A DNA stretch of 63,771 nt, the filler included. It is 6 parts of 6 records of this genome, joined end to end, with 100 filler letters (N's around TTAATTAATTAA, not from the genome) between each part and the next. Parts side by side here need not be neighbours in the genome. Positions count along the whole stretch, not along the records: positions 46,415 to 57,267 come from DRR378314_659; positions 57,368 to 63,771 come from DRR378314_678; 4 more parts are not named here. The stretch is one strand, 5' to 3'. Shown piece by piece: positions 52,915-63,771 of the stretch (the first letter of the stretch is position 1; every line of letters begins with the position of its first letter). The translations under genes and the position numbers were made by a program. The notes beneath the pieces are model-generated. The model saw only the letters and a program-made list of their open reading frames with translations, ran no database searches and had not been told where the DNA came from.

Positions 52915-54141
52915 TTTCAGTAGTTCCTGTTGGTCTTTGTCGCGGACGCCGATCAGATAAAGAATGCCGTCCAGCCCCAGGGTGGAAATCGAGTGGGCGG
53001 CGTTTTCCTTCACCAGTGGCTTGGCGCGGAAGGCGATGCCCAGGCCGGCGGCGCCCAGCATGGGCAGGTCGTTGGCGCCGTCGCCCACGGCGATCACCTG
53101 CTCCAGGTTGATGCCTTCGCGGGCGGCGATCTCCCGCAACAGCTCCGCCTTGCGCTCGCCGTTGACGATCGGCTCCGCCACCTCGCCGGTGACTTTGCCG
53201 TCGACGATCTCCAGGGTGTTGGCGTAGACGTAGTCGATGCCCAGCAGTTTCTGCAGCCAGTCACCGAACCAGGTGAAGCCGCCGGACAGAATCGCGGTGC
53301 GGTAGCCCAGCGCTTTCAGGGTGGGGATCAGCCGGTCGGCGCCTTCGGTGAGCTGAATGCGCTCGCGCACCCGTTCCAGGGCGCTTTCGTCCAGCCCTTT
53401 AAGCAGCGCCACCCGGGCGCGGAAGCTTTCGTTGAAATCCAGCTCGCCGAGCATCGCCCGGTCGGTGATCGCCGCCACCTGCTCGCCGACGCCGGCCTCG
53501 GCGGCCAGCTCGTCGATCACCTCCGAGCGGATCAGCGTGGAATCCATATCGAACACCACCAGGCGGCGGTTGCGCCGGAAAGCGCTGTCGCGCTGGAAGG
53601 CGATGTCCAGGTTGCGTTCGTTGGCGATCGCCAGGAAGGCGGCGCGCATGGCGCCCGGATCACGGGGTTCGCCGCGTACCGAGATTTCCACGCAGGCGCG
53701 GCCGTCCGGGTCGCTGTCCTCGCCTTCCAGGTGCACCCGGCCGGAAAGCCGCGCGATGCTGTCGATGTTGAGGTCGTTATCCGCCACCACGGTGGTCACG
53801 TCGCCGAGCTGCTCGGCGGTGATCTTGCGCGCCAGCAGGGTAATGATGTGGCGGTCCTTGCCCTGACCGGACACCCACTGCTCGTAGCGGTCCTCGTCGA
53901 TGGGCCGGAAGCGCACCGAGATATTGCGCTTATGCGCCTCGAACAGCAGGTCCTTGAGCATTGAGGACGCTTCCGCCGCCGGCGGCACTTCCACCAGGAT
54001 GCCCAGCGACAGGGTGTCGTGGATCACCGCCTGGCCGATATCCAGAATATTCAGGTGGTAGCGGGCCAGAATGCGGGTAAAGGCCGCGGTGAGGCCGGGC
54101 CGGTCGTTGCCGGACACCTGGATGAGAATAATCTCGCGCAC
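52912..54141 (-). CDS. serB: Phosphoserine phosphatase (ACT-ACT-HAD)
   Basis: GNDRPGLT, ILDIGQAVIH, VFDMDSTL, LSGGF, VGDGANDLPML. Confidence 0.96.
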   Translation of the reverse strand: MREIILIQVSGNDRPGLTAAFTRILARYHLNILDIGQAVIHDTLSLGILVEVPPAAEASSMLKDLLFEAHKRNISVRFRPIDEDRYEQWVSGQGKDRHIITLLARKITAEQLGDVTTVVADNDLNIDSIARLSGRVHLEGEDSDPDGRACVEISVRGEPRDPGAMRAAFLAIANERNLDIAFQRDSAFRRNRRLVVFDMDSTLIRSEVIDELAAEAGVGEQVAAITDRAMLGELDFNESFRARVALLKGLDESALERVRERIQLTEGADRLIPTLKALGYRTAILSGGFTWFGDWLQKLLGIDYVYANTLEIVDGKVTGEVAEPIVNGERKAELLREIAAREGINLEQVIAVGDGANDLPMLGAAGLGIAFRAKPLVKENAAHSISTLGLDGILYLIGVRDKDQQELLK

Positions 54142-54300
54142 GCTGGGGGATTCCTCGGGCTGGTCGGTACGTTGCGGAACAGCCGCTAAGATTACCAGAA
54201 AACCGTGCCGGGTTGGCGTGCGTGCGCCAGAGCCAAGCGTAGCGCCGCCGCCACGGGTTATACTCCCGGCCGTCGCGTTCACAGGCAAGGAAGGCACTGC

Positions 54301-55491
54301 ATGTCGGTGTGGGAAAAATGGCGGCCCTGGCTGCAACGGGAAAAACAACTGCTGCTGGAACTGGCGCTGATGCTGCTGGTGGCGCTGGTGGTGGGGGTCT
54401 ATTTTCTGGAGCACTTCTCCGCCCGCTTGCAGGCGGAGCAGCGGGTGCAATTGAAGGCCCTGGCGCAACAGACCGCGCTGCGCTCCGCCGAGTCGCTGGC
54501 CGGTGACGACCTGATCGGGCTGAACGTGATCGCCCGCGAAACCCGCGCCCTGGAGCCGGTCGGCGGCGTGCAGTTTCTGGACGTGGCCCGTGAGCCGGTC
54601 ACCGGCAAGAGCGACGACAGCCTGCCGGTGAAAGTGGAGGTGCCGGTGGCCCTGCCGGACGGCGAGCTGGCCGGCTCGGTGGTGCTCGCCGCCGCCCACG
54701 ACACCGCGCCGCGTCAGCGCCTGGAAACCGGCTATGTGCTGGTGGTGCTGGGCCTGCTGGCCCTGCGCGCCGCGGCCGAGGTGATCCGCCGCCGGCTGTG
54801 GCGGCCCGCCGCGCCGCCGGCGACGGCCGCGCCCGCCACGGATCAGGACACGGCGTCCGAAACGCCGCCGGTCGCCCCGGTGGACGGCGATGCGCCGGCG
54901 CCGGATGGCGTGTCCGTGGAGCTGCGTTTGAGCGTGGTCAACTTCGATCATTTCCAGCAGCGCTACACCCGCTCGGCGCTGGAAGCGTTGCTGGCGGATT
55001 ACCATCACCTGCTGCGCGAAGTGGCGGCGCTGTACGGCGGCGAAGTGATCACCGCCATCGGCGACCGGGCGCGCATCCGCTTCACCGGCGAGCCGCTGTC
55101 GCACACCGCCTTTTCGGCGCTATGCGCCGGCCTGCTGTTCCTGCGCGTGGCCCGCCTGCAGGCGCCGCGGCGCAAAGCCGGCCAGTCGCCGGCGCTGGAG
55201 TTCAAGGCCCTGGTCAGCAACCAGTTCAACGAGGCGGACAGCTGGGCCCTGTGCCTGGCCGGGGTGCCGGGCCGGCTGAACGTGCCCGAGGCGGAACTGA
55301 CCCGCGCCGAACTGGACGTCAAAGCCCTCTACCAGACCGAGCGGGCACAGCTGGTTCAAGCCGGTGACCGGCAGATTCGCCTGCAGCCGGTGGAGCAGCT
55401 CGCGCACCGCTATCAGACCCTGCTGCGCACTCAGGCGGAAAAGGTCATGGGCGGTTCCGGGGTGTCCGGCGACGCCTCGCCGAGCAAGTAA
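54301..55491 (+). CDS. AhpA/YtjB(Smp)-like membrane protein with degenerate class III nucleotide cyclase-like domain
   Basis: Two TM helices around a periplasmic segment, a Pro/Ala linker, then LRLSVVNF..LLADYHHLLREVAALYGGEVITAIGD. Divergent from serB. Confidence 0.6.
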   Translation: MSVWEKWRPWLQREKQLLLELALMLLVALVVGVYFLEHFSARLQAEQRVQLKALAQQTALRSAESLAGDDLIGLNVIARETRALEPVGGVQFLDVAREPVTGKSDDSLPVKVEVPVALPDGELAGSVVLAAAHDTAPRQRLETGYVLVVLGLLALRAAAEVIRRRLWRPAAPPATAAPATDQDTASETPPVAPVDGDAPAPDGVSVELRLSVVNFDHFQQRYTRSALEALLADYHHLLREVAALYGGEVITAIGDRARIRFTGEPLSHTAFSALCAGLLFLRVARLQAPRRKAGQSPALEFKALVSNQFNEADSWALCLAGVPGRLNVPEAELTRAELDVKALYQTERAQLVQAGDRQIRLQPVEQLAHRYQTLLRTQAEKVMGGSGVSGDASPSK

Positions 55492-56231
55492 CCGCGCATC
55501 GCCGCGCCGATCAACTGGGGCAGCTCCGGCATGCCCCGGTTGCCGAACAGGCGGTTGAATTCCAGCACGTAGGGGCGGCCCTCCACCCAGGCCACGTCGA
55601 ACCCGGCGTGGTCGATGCCCAGCTCGCGGGCAAGCCGGGTGACCAGCGCCAGGGCCGGCTCCGGCACCGGCAGGTCGGTGCGCACCCGCGCCCCGCGCGC
55701 CAGATTGTTGTGGAAGCTGGTGCCCTCGCGCCAGTAGCTGGCGATCACGTCACGGCCCACCACCACCACGCGCAAATCGCGCACGATCGGCAGCAGCTTC
55801 TGGATATAAAGCACCTCGCTGTGAGCGGCGTAGTCCAGTAACTGCTGGCGGCTCTCGATCAGAAACACGCCGCTGCCCTGGCTGGAGCGGATCTGCTTGG
55901 CCACGAACGGAAAGCGCCAGGTATCCAGCACCTGGCTGATGCCGTGCGGCCCCGCCGGCAGGATGTCGGTCTCAGGCAGATGTTCCGGGCACGCCAGCTT
56001 CAGCGCCCGGGTCATTTCCACCTTGTCGTGCCCCAGGTGGTAACTGGCCAAGCTGGGGAAAATCGGGCGGCCCAGCACATAGTGCAGGCTGTGCAGCTGC
56101 CAGTAAGCCGGGAACAGCAGCCAGTCCGCGTCGAGCAACCGCGCGCGCTGGTCGTGCATCAGCTCCGGTTTGATGTAATGCACGCCCGGCAGGCCCAGGG
56201 TGCGGAAAGGGTCAAAGGTGATCAGTTTCAA
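55431..56231 (-). CDS. RimK-like ATP-grasp protein
   Basis: HDKVEM, FPFVAK..SSQGSGVFLI, YIQKLLP..DLRVVVVG, AGFDVA..VLEFN. Confidence 0.8.
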   Translation of the reverse strand: MKLITFDPFRTLGLPGVHYIKPELMHDQRARLLDADWLLFPAYWQLHSLHYVLGRPIFPSLASYHLGHDKVEMTRALKLACPEHLPETDILPAGPHGISQVLDTWRFPFVAKQIRSSQGSGVFLIESRQQLLDYAAHSEVLYIQKLLPIVRDLRVVVVGRDVIASYWREGTSFHNNLARGARVRTDLPVPEPALALVTRLARELGIDHAGFDVAWVEGRPYVLEFNRLFGNRGMPELPQLIGAAMRGYLLGEASPDTPEPPMTFSA

Positions 56232-56387
56232 AGGCCGACGGACCTCAGGCTAAAAGCCCGCGCACGGTCGCGCGGGCGAACCGCGAATTTATAGGGCTAA
56301 ACGGGCCCCTCGGCAAGCGGATTTGTCATGGCCAGCGGGGTCCGCACCGGCTAGGCTTTGGCGCACAACGACACTCGGGAGAACGCT

Positions 56388-57149
56388 GTGAATTTACCCC
56401 CTTTGCAAAGCGGTGAGGTGCTGGCGGCCGAAGACGGTGCGGTGCTCACCCTGACCCTGAACCGCCCGGACAAACTCAACGCCCTGACCGGCGCCATGTA
56501 CCGCGACCTGGTCGACCTGCTGGCCTTCGCCGGCGACAACGATGACGTGCGCGCGGTGCTGATCCTGGGGGCCGGCAAATCCTTCAGCGCCGGCAACGAC
56601 CTGGCCGACTTCCTGGCCGCCGGGGAGGGCACCGAAGGCGGTGCCGCGCCCTTTATTCGCGCCGTGAGCCGCTTCGAAAAGCCGCTGGTGATCGGCGTCC
56701 AGGGCCACGCCGTGGGCGTGGGCACCACCATGCTGCTGCACGCCGACCTGGTGGTGGCCGCCGACGACGCCAAGTTCCTGACCCCGTTCGTCGACCTGGG
56801 CGCGGTGCCGGAAGCGGGCTCCGCCAAGCTGCTGCCGGCCTGGCTGGGCTACCAGCGCGCCGCGCGCATGCTGCTCGTCGGCGAGCCGCTGCTGGCCCCG
56901 GAAGCGCTGCAGGCCGGCCTGGTCGCCAAAATGGTCAGCCCCGCCGAACTGGCGGACACCGCCGCGGCCTACGCCCGCACCCTGGCGGCCAAGCCGCCCC
57001 GCGCCATGCGCGAAAGCAAGCGCCTGATGCGCCAGGCCGCGCAGATGGACCTCCACGACCTGATCGACCACGACCTGGCGCTGTTCGCCGAGCTCCTGCA
57101 AGGCGACGAAGCCAAAGCGATCCTCGCCGCCAAGGTCGGCAAGAAATAA
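56388..57149 (+). CDS. Enoyl-CoA hydratase/isomerase family protein
   Basis: LNRPDKLNAL, FSAGNDL, GHAVGVG, PFVDLGAVPEAGS. Confidence 0.9.
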   Translation: MNLPPLQSGEVLAAEDGAVLTLTLNRPDKLNALTGAMYRDLVDLLAFAGDNDDVRAVLILGAGKSFSAGNDLADFLAAGEGTEGGAAPFIRAVSRFEKPLVIGVQGHAVGVGTTMLLHADLVVAADDAKFLTPFVDLGAVPEAGSAKLLPAWLGYQRAARMLLVGEPLLAPEALQAGLVAKMVSPAELADTAAAYARTLAAKPPRAMRESKRLMRQAAQMDLHDLIDHDLALFAELLQGDEAKAILAAKVGKK

Positions 57150-57163
57150 ATCCGGATGGGTTT

Positions 57164-57186
57164 GTAGGAGCGGGCCCGCCCGCGAA
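57164..57186 (+). repeat. GTAG-type REP-like element
   Basis: GTAG-GA-GCGGGC-cc-GCCCGC-GAA: a GTAG tetranucleotide followed by a short palindrome, just after a stop codon near the contig break. Confidence 0.55.
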
Positions 57187-57267
57187 AGGGTGGCTTTCAG
57201 CCACCCCGCAGGATTCCAGCGACTTTTCCCTCCAGAAAGCCCGCGCCGGGATCGGGTGGGCCCGTCC

Positions 57268-57367
57268 NNNNNNNNNNNNNNNNNNNNNNNNNNNNNNNNN
57301 NNNNNNNNNNNTTAATTAATTAANNNNNNNNNNNNNNNNNNNNNNNNNNNNNNNNNNNNNNNNNNNN
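57268..57367. other. Artificial contig spacer
   Basis: N44-TTAATTAATTAA-N44. Confidence 0.99.
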
Positions 57368-57400
<33 letters not shown>

Positions 57401-57455
57401 GCTCGCTCCAGAGCTCGCCCGCAGGCCCGTTGGCCCTTGCAGCTCTCGCACGCAC

Positions 57456-60400
57456 CTTGTCCAGCTCCATCACGCGCGATACGAGCTTGACGTACTCAAG
57501 CGCAGCGTTCTTCGGCTGCCACACGCGACCGGGAATATCCGGAAATGCCGCGGCCGCATCGATCTCGCGCACCATTTCAAACAACTGCGGTGCAAAGTGG
57601 TCGGAGACGAGGTCGCGCAGGTACGCGTCGGCCGGGTCGGTCTCGCCCTTGGGCGCGCGCACGCGTCGCGGCCGCGGTCCGCCACCGAGCACACCGCCCT
57701 CGGCATCGCGGCGGCGCCGCTCGCGCAGCGGCCGGAGCACAAAGTCCGACGCGAACACCTCGAACAGCTTACGCGCCTCGGCAGGGAGGAACTGCGCGGC
57801 GTGGAACTCCATGTCGATCTCCACGGCGTCGTCGTCATTATTTTCGGTCCCTGCCAAGGATTCGGGATCTTTCGGTACAGCTCCCACAAAATTGTACGGA
57901 TCCATAAACACGAGCGCCTCCCACGACTGTCGAAACTGCAGCGAAATCAGCTGGAACATCGGGTTCTCCTTCACCGTGTTCAGCACATACTCGCAGTACG
58001 ATCTCGCCTGTGCCACACTGGGTTTGTTCGTAGCTACAATGATCCGTGAGAACGACGCGTGAACGACTTCGCATCCGAGACGCCGCAGCTCCGCGACGAG
58101 CTGGAGGAACACGCGGCGCATCAGCGCGCGGACGGTGCGCGCGAGCGCGGGATCGTACATACGCGACGACGGCGAATTCAGCCACCGGTAGAACTGCACA
58201 TACAAGAAATTCGCAAACGGAGAATCGGAGACAATCACATCGCGCACCAGCATGCGCGCCACGCCACGCAATACGCCGAAAGCAGCGCGACTGGCGAGCG
58301 CGTCGTCGAACACTGCGGCGTCCGCGTCGGCGGCGTCGGTCTGGTCGGCGCTCCCCTGCGCGGCCTCGGCGCCCGCGCCGCCCGCGAGCGCCGCCACGGC
58401 GAGCCCTTCGACGTCGAGCGCCACGCACGGCTTGCGGAAGGCGCCGGGGAACGCAATGGACGGCCCCGTCGCCGCGCCAGCGTCGCCGTTCGCGTACAGC
58501 GCTGCGCGGTCGTCATGCGATCCGCCGAGATCAGGGACGTCCGCGCGGCTGTCCATCCACAACAGGATCCCTTCGTGCGTCAGAGCGCGCGCAAACAGCC
58601 AGTCCAGCGCCGCGGTCGCCACATCGTCGCCGAGGTTCCCCGCCGGCACATCGCTGTACGACGCAAAGTGCCGCAGCTCGTCCCGCAGCAGCGTTGCGGT
58701 CCCGCCCAGGTACTTGCGCATCATGAGACGAGCGGCGCGCGGTTCCCACCCCAGCGGTGCAAACGCCGTGTCGCGCGCCGTGGGCGGAATGCGCGTCACG
58801 GGCAAGCGCGCGAGCGCCGGCACCACCGCCAAGAGCGTCTCGCGCGCAAGCGGGCTCTCCACAGCGACAAACAGCGTCACTGCGTCGTTCGCGTCGACGG
58901 TAGCGGCGGTAGGGCGGCGCTTGGGCGCAAGGACGCGCGCGGCGGTGCCCCGTTCCTTCTCCCCGTCGCCGCTGCCTCCTCGCTCCTCGTCGCCGTCTGC
59001 GCCGCCGCCGCCACTGCTGCGCGCTTCGTCGTCGTCTTCGCCCTCTGCGGCGCGATCCGGAGGCGCTGGCGCGCGATCAAAGGGCGACGCGCGCACTCCC
59101 GGCGGCGCACGAGCTGCGTGTCCGCGTGCGCGTCGCTTGGATCCGCCCGCGAGCGCCGCGAGCCCGGCGCGCGTCGCAATCGCCGCGGAGACCGCGTCGC
59201 CGGCGGCGGCGCGCGTGGTCACGTAGTGCACTGTGAACTCCGTCTCCGCCTCGCCGCCAGCGTCGCGATAGAGCGTTTCGAACCGCGGTCGGTCACCGCG
59301 CGTCTGCGGGCGATACACGGCGATCACCGCGCGTTGCCGCGGCTGCGCGTCGTCGTGGCCGTCGCCGTCGCCGTCGCCACGATCCAGCGGGAAGAACACC
59401 GCCATGATCCCGCGGTCCCCTTGCTCGGCGTGGTACACGTACAGCTGGTGCTCGTCGCGCGCCGCGCTCCCCAAGTACTCCGGGCGGCGCGCGGGCGGCA
59501 CGACTTCGAGGTCCTCCACGGCGACGGCGCTCCCGCTCGCCGCCGCAGCCGCCACACGCTCGCGCGCATCGCGCTTCACCGCCACACAGCAACCGAGCCG
59601 CAGCATCGCGCGCTCTTCCGGTGTCACGCGGCTCTCGTACACGCCTTCCACGGAGGCGTCGTCCCAAAACTCCAGCAGCCGCGGCGCCAGCGACGCAAAC
59701 ACAGGCTCGGCCATTTCGAAGCGGTAGAGGTGGAGACATGGACGCGCGCGTGGGAGACGCCGCGTCACCCGCGCGCCGTACTCCTCGCACACCGGCGACG
59801 GGCCGCGCGCGTTCACAAAGAGCTCGCGCGGCACGCGGACAAGCACGCGGCGGAAGCGCGCGCCGTCATCGCCGGCGATCACCCACAGCGCGAATACACC
59901 GGGTTCGTCGGTGGGCCGGATCTCCGCGACCTGCCACGCGGTCTCCGCCAGCGCCGCCGCCGCGCCGCCGCGGCTCCCCGCTGCCGCCGCGACCGCAATC
60001 GACGCGTCGCCGCCGCGCCGCCCTGCCACGCGCCGCCGCTTCCGCGCAGCCACGAGGGCGCGCCAGCGGCTCTTCGACGCGGCGACCCACTGCTCGTAGT
60101 CGCTCGCGATGGACACGGCGGGCGGTGCGGGGAGAGCGGGGTCGGCGTCGGAGCGGTGCTCGGGGTCGCGCGCGCGTCGCACCGCGGCGCCGTGGACCGT
60201 GACCCGCGGCACGCCCGCCGCCGCAGACGCCGCGGGCGCGCCCGCCATGTCCTCCATGTCGACATCGTCGGCGCGCGGCGCCGCCGGCTTGCTCTGCGGG
60301 GCGAAAGGGAGCTTGGTCTGGCGCCGCGGGTCCGCGCGGTCGCGGAGGCGCTGGACGAGCCAGTCCGGGTGCGGGCAGCGCGGCACCGGTGTCTCAACGC

Positions 60401-63400
60401 GCTGCAGCGCCGCGGGGATGGTGATAATCTTCTGGATCGCCGAGTTCAGACGCGTGATGTAGTAGTCCCAGTCGATCACATCGCGGATGTCGACGTCGTA
60501 GGGGAGGGTGGCGTCGCGGAGCCATTTGCGGAGGAACCGCACCTTGACGTCTGTCTCCGCCTTGAAGATCTCGAGCGGGATCGCGCGCTCGGTCACCGGC
60601 GTGCCGGCGGGGCGATCGGAGATGATGTACTTGCACGCGAGACCCTTGTCGCGGATCATGCCCGCGCCGAGGAACTCCGCGAGGCGCCGCGCTGTCGATA
60701 TGGCGGTCGACTTGCGGTCGCCGTACTCCTCGACGGTCTTGGACATGTTGGTCGACTCGCGCAGCAGATCCATGAGCTCGTTGGTCTCCATGTCGCGCGC
60801 GCGTGTGTACAGCACGTCCAACCACTGATTCGCGACAGCACCAACGGCGCGATAGCACTCGCCGAGCGTATCGCCCTCGAGGAACGACTCGAAGACCTGC
60901 GACTGGAAGATCTTGATCAGGTTGAGCTCGCCGCGGCGCTTGAGCTCGAAACCTTTCAGCTCCGCAAGCTGCCCATTGTCCAGGAACACCGCGTAGCGCT
61001 TCTTAATGCGCTTATCCTCCTCTTTCGCCGCGGGGAGAATCATCGCGCGATACGGCCCGTCGACTTCGAAGAGAATCGAGCACTCGTCGCGGATCGAGAG
61101 CGAGTGCGCGTCGTACTCCTCGTCCGGCTCGCCGACCGTGTGGTACTGGCGATTCGTGTACTTGTCGTGCGTATCCGCGTTGAGCATGGCGCACGGATAG
61201 GAAATCACGCACGAGCGCTTCGGGTCGTTGGTGGAGAGCTTGTAGTTCTCGGGGAACGTTCGCGGCAGACAGCACCAGATCCCGTCTGTGTCGAGCTCCA
61301 GCGGGATCCCAAGACGCTCCACAAGCACACGCGCGTCCGTAATAATATTCGCGCCCGTGTGCGTCACCACGCCGCCCATCTCCATCGAGTACCAGCGCGA
61401 TCCCTTTCGCATTACATACCCGTAAAACGAGTTGAGAATGCACTTGTGCGCGAGCTGCATCGACTCGTACAGGACGACCATCTTGTCGGCGGCGGCGCGC
61501 TCGGCCGCGGACTTTGCCGCGTCGAGGCTCCGCAGCCACTGCTTCGTTTTGCGTTTGTACACGTAGCGCCGATCGCGGAAATCGCGGACAGTGACGTAGA
61601 AAAACGGATTCTCGCGCTGACACACCGTCGCGCTCCGCATCTCGACTTTTTCGTCGTGGGCGCGCCGGTACACTTTGGTCGAGTACTCCTTCACGCGCTG
61701 CGTGAGCTTGAGGGCCTGGACGTCCGGCGGGAGCTCGGAGAACTGCACTTCTTCGTCGCGATGCGTGAATTTCTCCTTGAGCAGCTGCTCGCGCGCCGCT
61801 TCGACCTCGGACGCGGAGGGAGGGAATACCTGACCGCGCCACTGCCACTCCATTTTGCGCTGGCAGCGCGCGCCTGGGACGTTGAAGTCGCACGCTGCGC
61901 ACACCGACGGGCCGACCATCGACGGCGGCTGTAAGCGATTGGTCAAGATGATATTCGGGTACATTGCGCTGACGTCGAGATGGTATATGAGCGGCTTTTC
62001 GATGCGATTTGGCCGGTCGCGGAGGTCGGTGAGGCGGCGGAGGATGTCCGCGCGCACTTCGTCGTAGTTGGTGACTTCGTCGAGTTTCAGACCTCCTTCC
62101 ACCTCGATCGCAAACCGCAGGTCGCCGTCGAGTTTCCCGATGAGCTTCTCGTACGCAGCGGGATCGAGGCGGAACTTGTAGTCGAGGTCCTTGCGGAACA
62201 CACCGGCTTCGAGCGCCTCGACGTGTCCACCTATGTACGTCTCCGATTCGAGAAGCTGCGAATTGTGCCACTTGAGCGCTTCGCCGGCGTGCTTGTTCGG
62301 GCAGATGATGTTGCGCTTGTACGCCTGCACCATGAGGAGCGCCTCGCACAGGCCACCGGATCCCTTGCGCAGCACATCGTCCGGCGGCATCGGGATAATC
62401 GTGCACAGGGAGAAGATAAACGGATGTACGTACTTCTCGTACAGGTACCACGTGGCGACAGCATCGGACACGGAGTAGGAAGCGAGGACCTGCGGCTGCT
62501 CCTGCGCGTACGGCGTCATCAGCTCCGGGTCGAGCTCGAGCGGGTCGTAGCCGAGTTTCGCTTTCGTCACCGCTTTCAGGCCCTGCGATCCCTGCGGGAG
62601 ATACGAGTCGCGTTTCACCCAATACATGCAGTCCATATGCACGCCGAAGCGCGATCGGCACTCGCCTGATTTCTCGCTCATCGCATATCCAATCTCGTTC
62701 ACCATGCGCATCCCGTATACCGCGGCACGAGTTTCGACAAATGGCATATCGAAAAAGTCCCCGTTGTACGTCACAATAATCGACGGCTTCGCGCGCTGGA
62801 TGTGCTCGAAGAAGCACCGAATCACCGCCTCTTCATTCGGCCGGTTGAACACGGTGAAGTGACCGGGGTACTCGGGTTTGGGAGTGTACTCGAAATCCTC
62901 AATGTCCTCCGACACGATCTCGCGGTTCACAATCAGGTAGCCCATCCCGTCCATCATATACGAGATCATCATCACTTGGTCCGTAGAGGCATCGGGAAAT
63001 TTCAGCGGGGCCTTCGACGTCTCGATATCGTACGCGAGAATGCGCGGGTCGGGCCGGTGTTCCATCTCTTTCCGGTGGCGGAGCATCGTTAGCCCGTCGC
63101 GCCAGTACACCGAGTACCAGTTCCCGACGCGCAGGTCGAGGTCGATCGACACGCGCATGTGGTACGGCACGTCGTACTCGCGCATGTCAAGCACGTGCTC
63201 AAGCGGGTCGCGGCCGGTCGCGCCGGGAGCGCCGAGTGCGCCCGCTGCGCCTTTGCTGCGGTTTCCAGCGCCGCGCCTGTGCGAGTGGTGCTGGCTCGCC
63301 GCGTCGAGGGACGCGGCGGCATCGAGATCGTCCTCGAACTCGAAGCCGGAGCCGTCCATTTCCGCGAGCAGCTCCGCCTCGGCCTCGAGCGCAAACGCAT

Positions 63401-63752
63401 CGTCCACGCCGCTGCGCTGCTGATTCCGCCGCACAGCGGGCCGGATGTGGTCGCGAACCTCCATGAGGTCAGACACGTTCTGGAAGGCAAGCTGCACGTA
63501 CGTTGCGCGCAGTCCGGCCAAATGGTTCGGCAGATCCAAATCCTCCTTTTCCACTGCAGCCACACGCGAGATTTTCCCCTCAAACTTGCGCTTCAGGTAC
63601 TGCTCGACCTCGGTCTCAGTACCTTCGCGCGCGGCAATGTAGAAATACGGCTCGTAGAGAACGGTCGACTTGAAAGCAGTCCCGTCCTCGCGGAGAAAGT
63701 ACACGTCAACGCCCTGCCGATCAACGCTCGTCTCCGGATCGCGCTCCATGCA
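57456..63752 (-). CDS. POLE: DNA polymerase epsilon catalytic subunit A, one 6297-nt internal exon (both ends missing)
   Basis: ExoI AYDIETSKAPLKFPD, YNGDFFD, DSYLPQGSQGLK, YSVSDA. Motif A YHLDVSAMYPNI, CysX CAACDFN..C..CQREN, motif B HKCILNSFYGY, motif C ELDTDGIW. Acceptor TTTGCAG (63753) and donor AAG|GTGCGT (57455), both phase 0. Confidence 0.96.
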
Positions 63753-63771
63753 CTGCAAACGAAACGAGAGT

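Noticed and set aside
52912-55104. 730-aa SerB with a long N-terminal extension
   Set aside because: The extension is antisense to the 54301-55491 gene. SerB homology starts at GTG 54141.
58059-61934. 1291-aa plus-strand ORF
   Set aside because: Antisense shadow of the GC-rich POLE exon.

Overview
This window is not one locus. It is six unrelated contigs joined by artificial 100-nt spacers (N44-TTAATTAATTAA-N44). (1) 1-18729, Rhodobacteraceae-like. It begins with the 3' end of a tRNA, followed by an integrase-less accessory block: a three-gene amino-sugar cluster and, divergent from it, an operon of m5C methyltransferase, PD-(D/E)XK nuclease and m6A methyltransferase. Core genes follow: esterase, TetR-PspA-YiaAB-like module, glyA, NAD kinase, amidase, csbD, prpE and partial maeB. 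(2) 18830-27054, an intron-containing eukaryote: 3' part of condensin subunit CAP-G and an unidentified multi-exon gene. (3) 27155-34133, eukaryote: a complete six-exon USE1 SNARE gene and a spliced SANT/Myb gene that the ORF track misses. (4) 34234-46314, Halomonas-like core genes (recG, oxyR, ridA, spoT, rpoZ, gmk, aqpZ). (5) 46415-57267, Alcanivorax-like: epmA-efp-epmB, fimW-like, fimX-like, serB, a membrane protein with a degenerate cyclase domain, an ATP-grasp protein and a crotonase. (6) 57368-63771, a GC-rich eukaryote: one 6.3-kb exon of DNA polymerase epsilon. The best candidate for an under-described system is the dual-chemistry methyltransferase/nuclease operon at 3067-6142. Its sigma70-like promoter has a -35 element overlapped by both a CGATCG site and a perfect inverted repeat. 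Taxon names and family calls come from recalled motifs and gene order, not from database searches.
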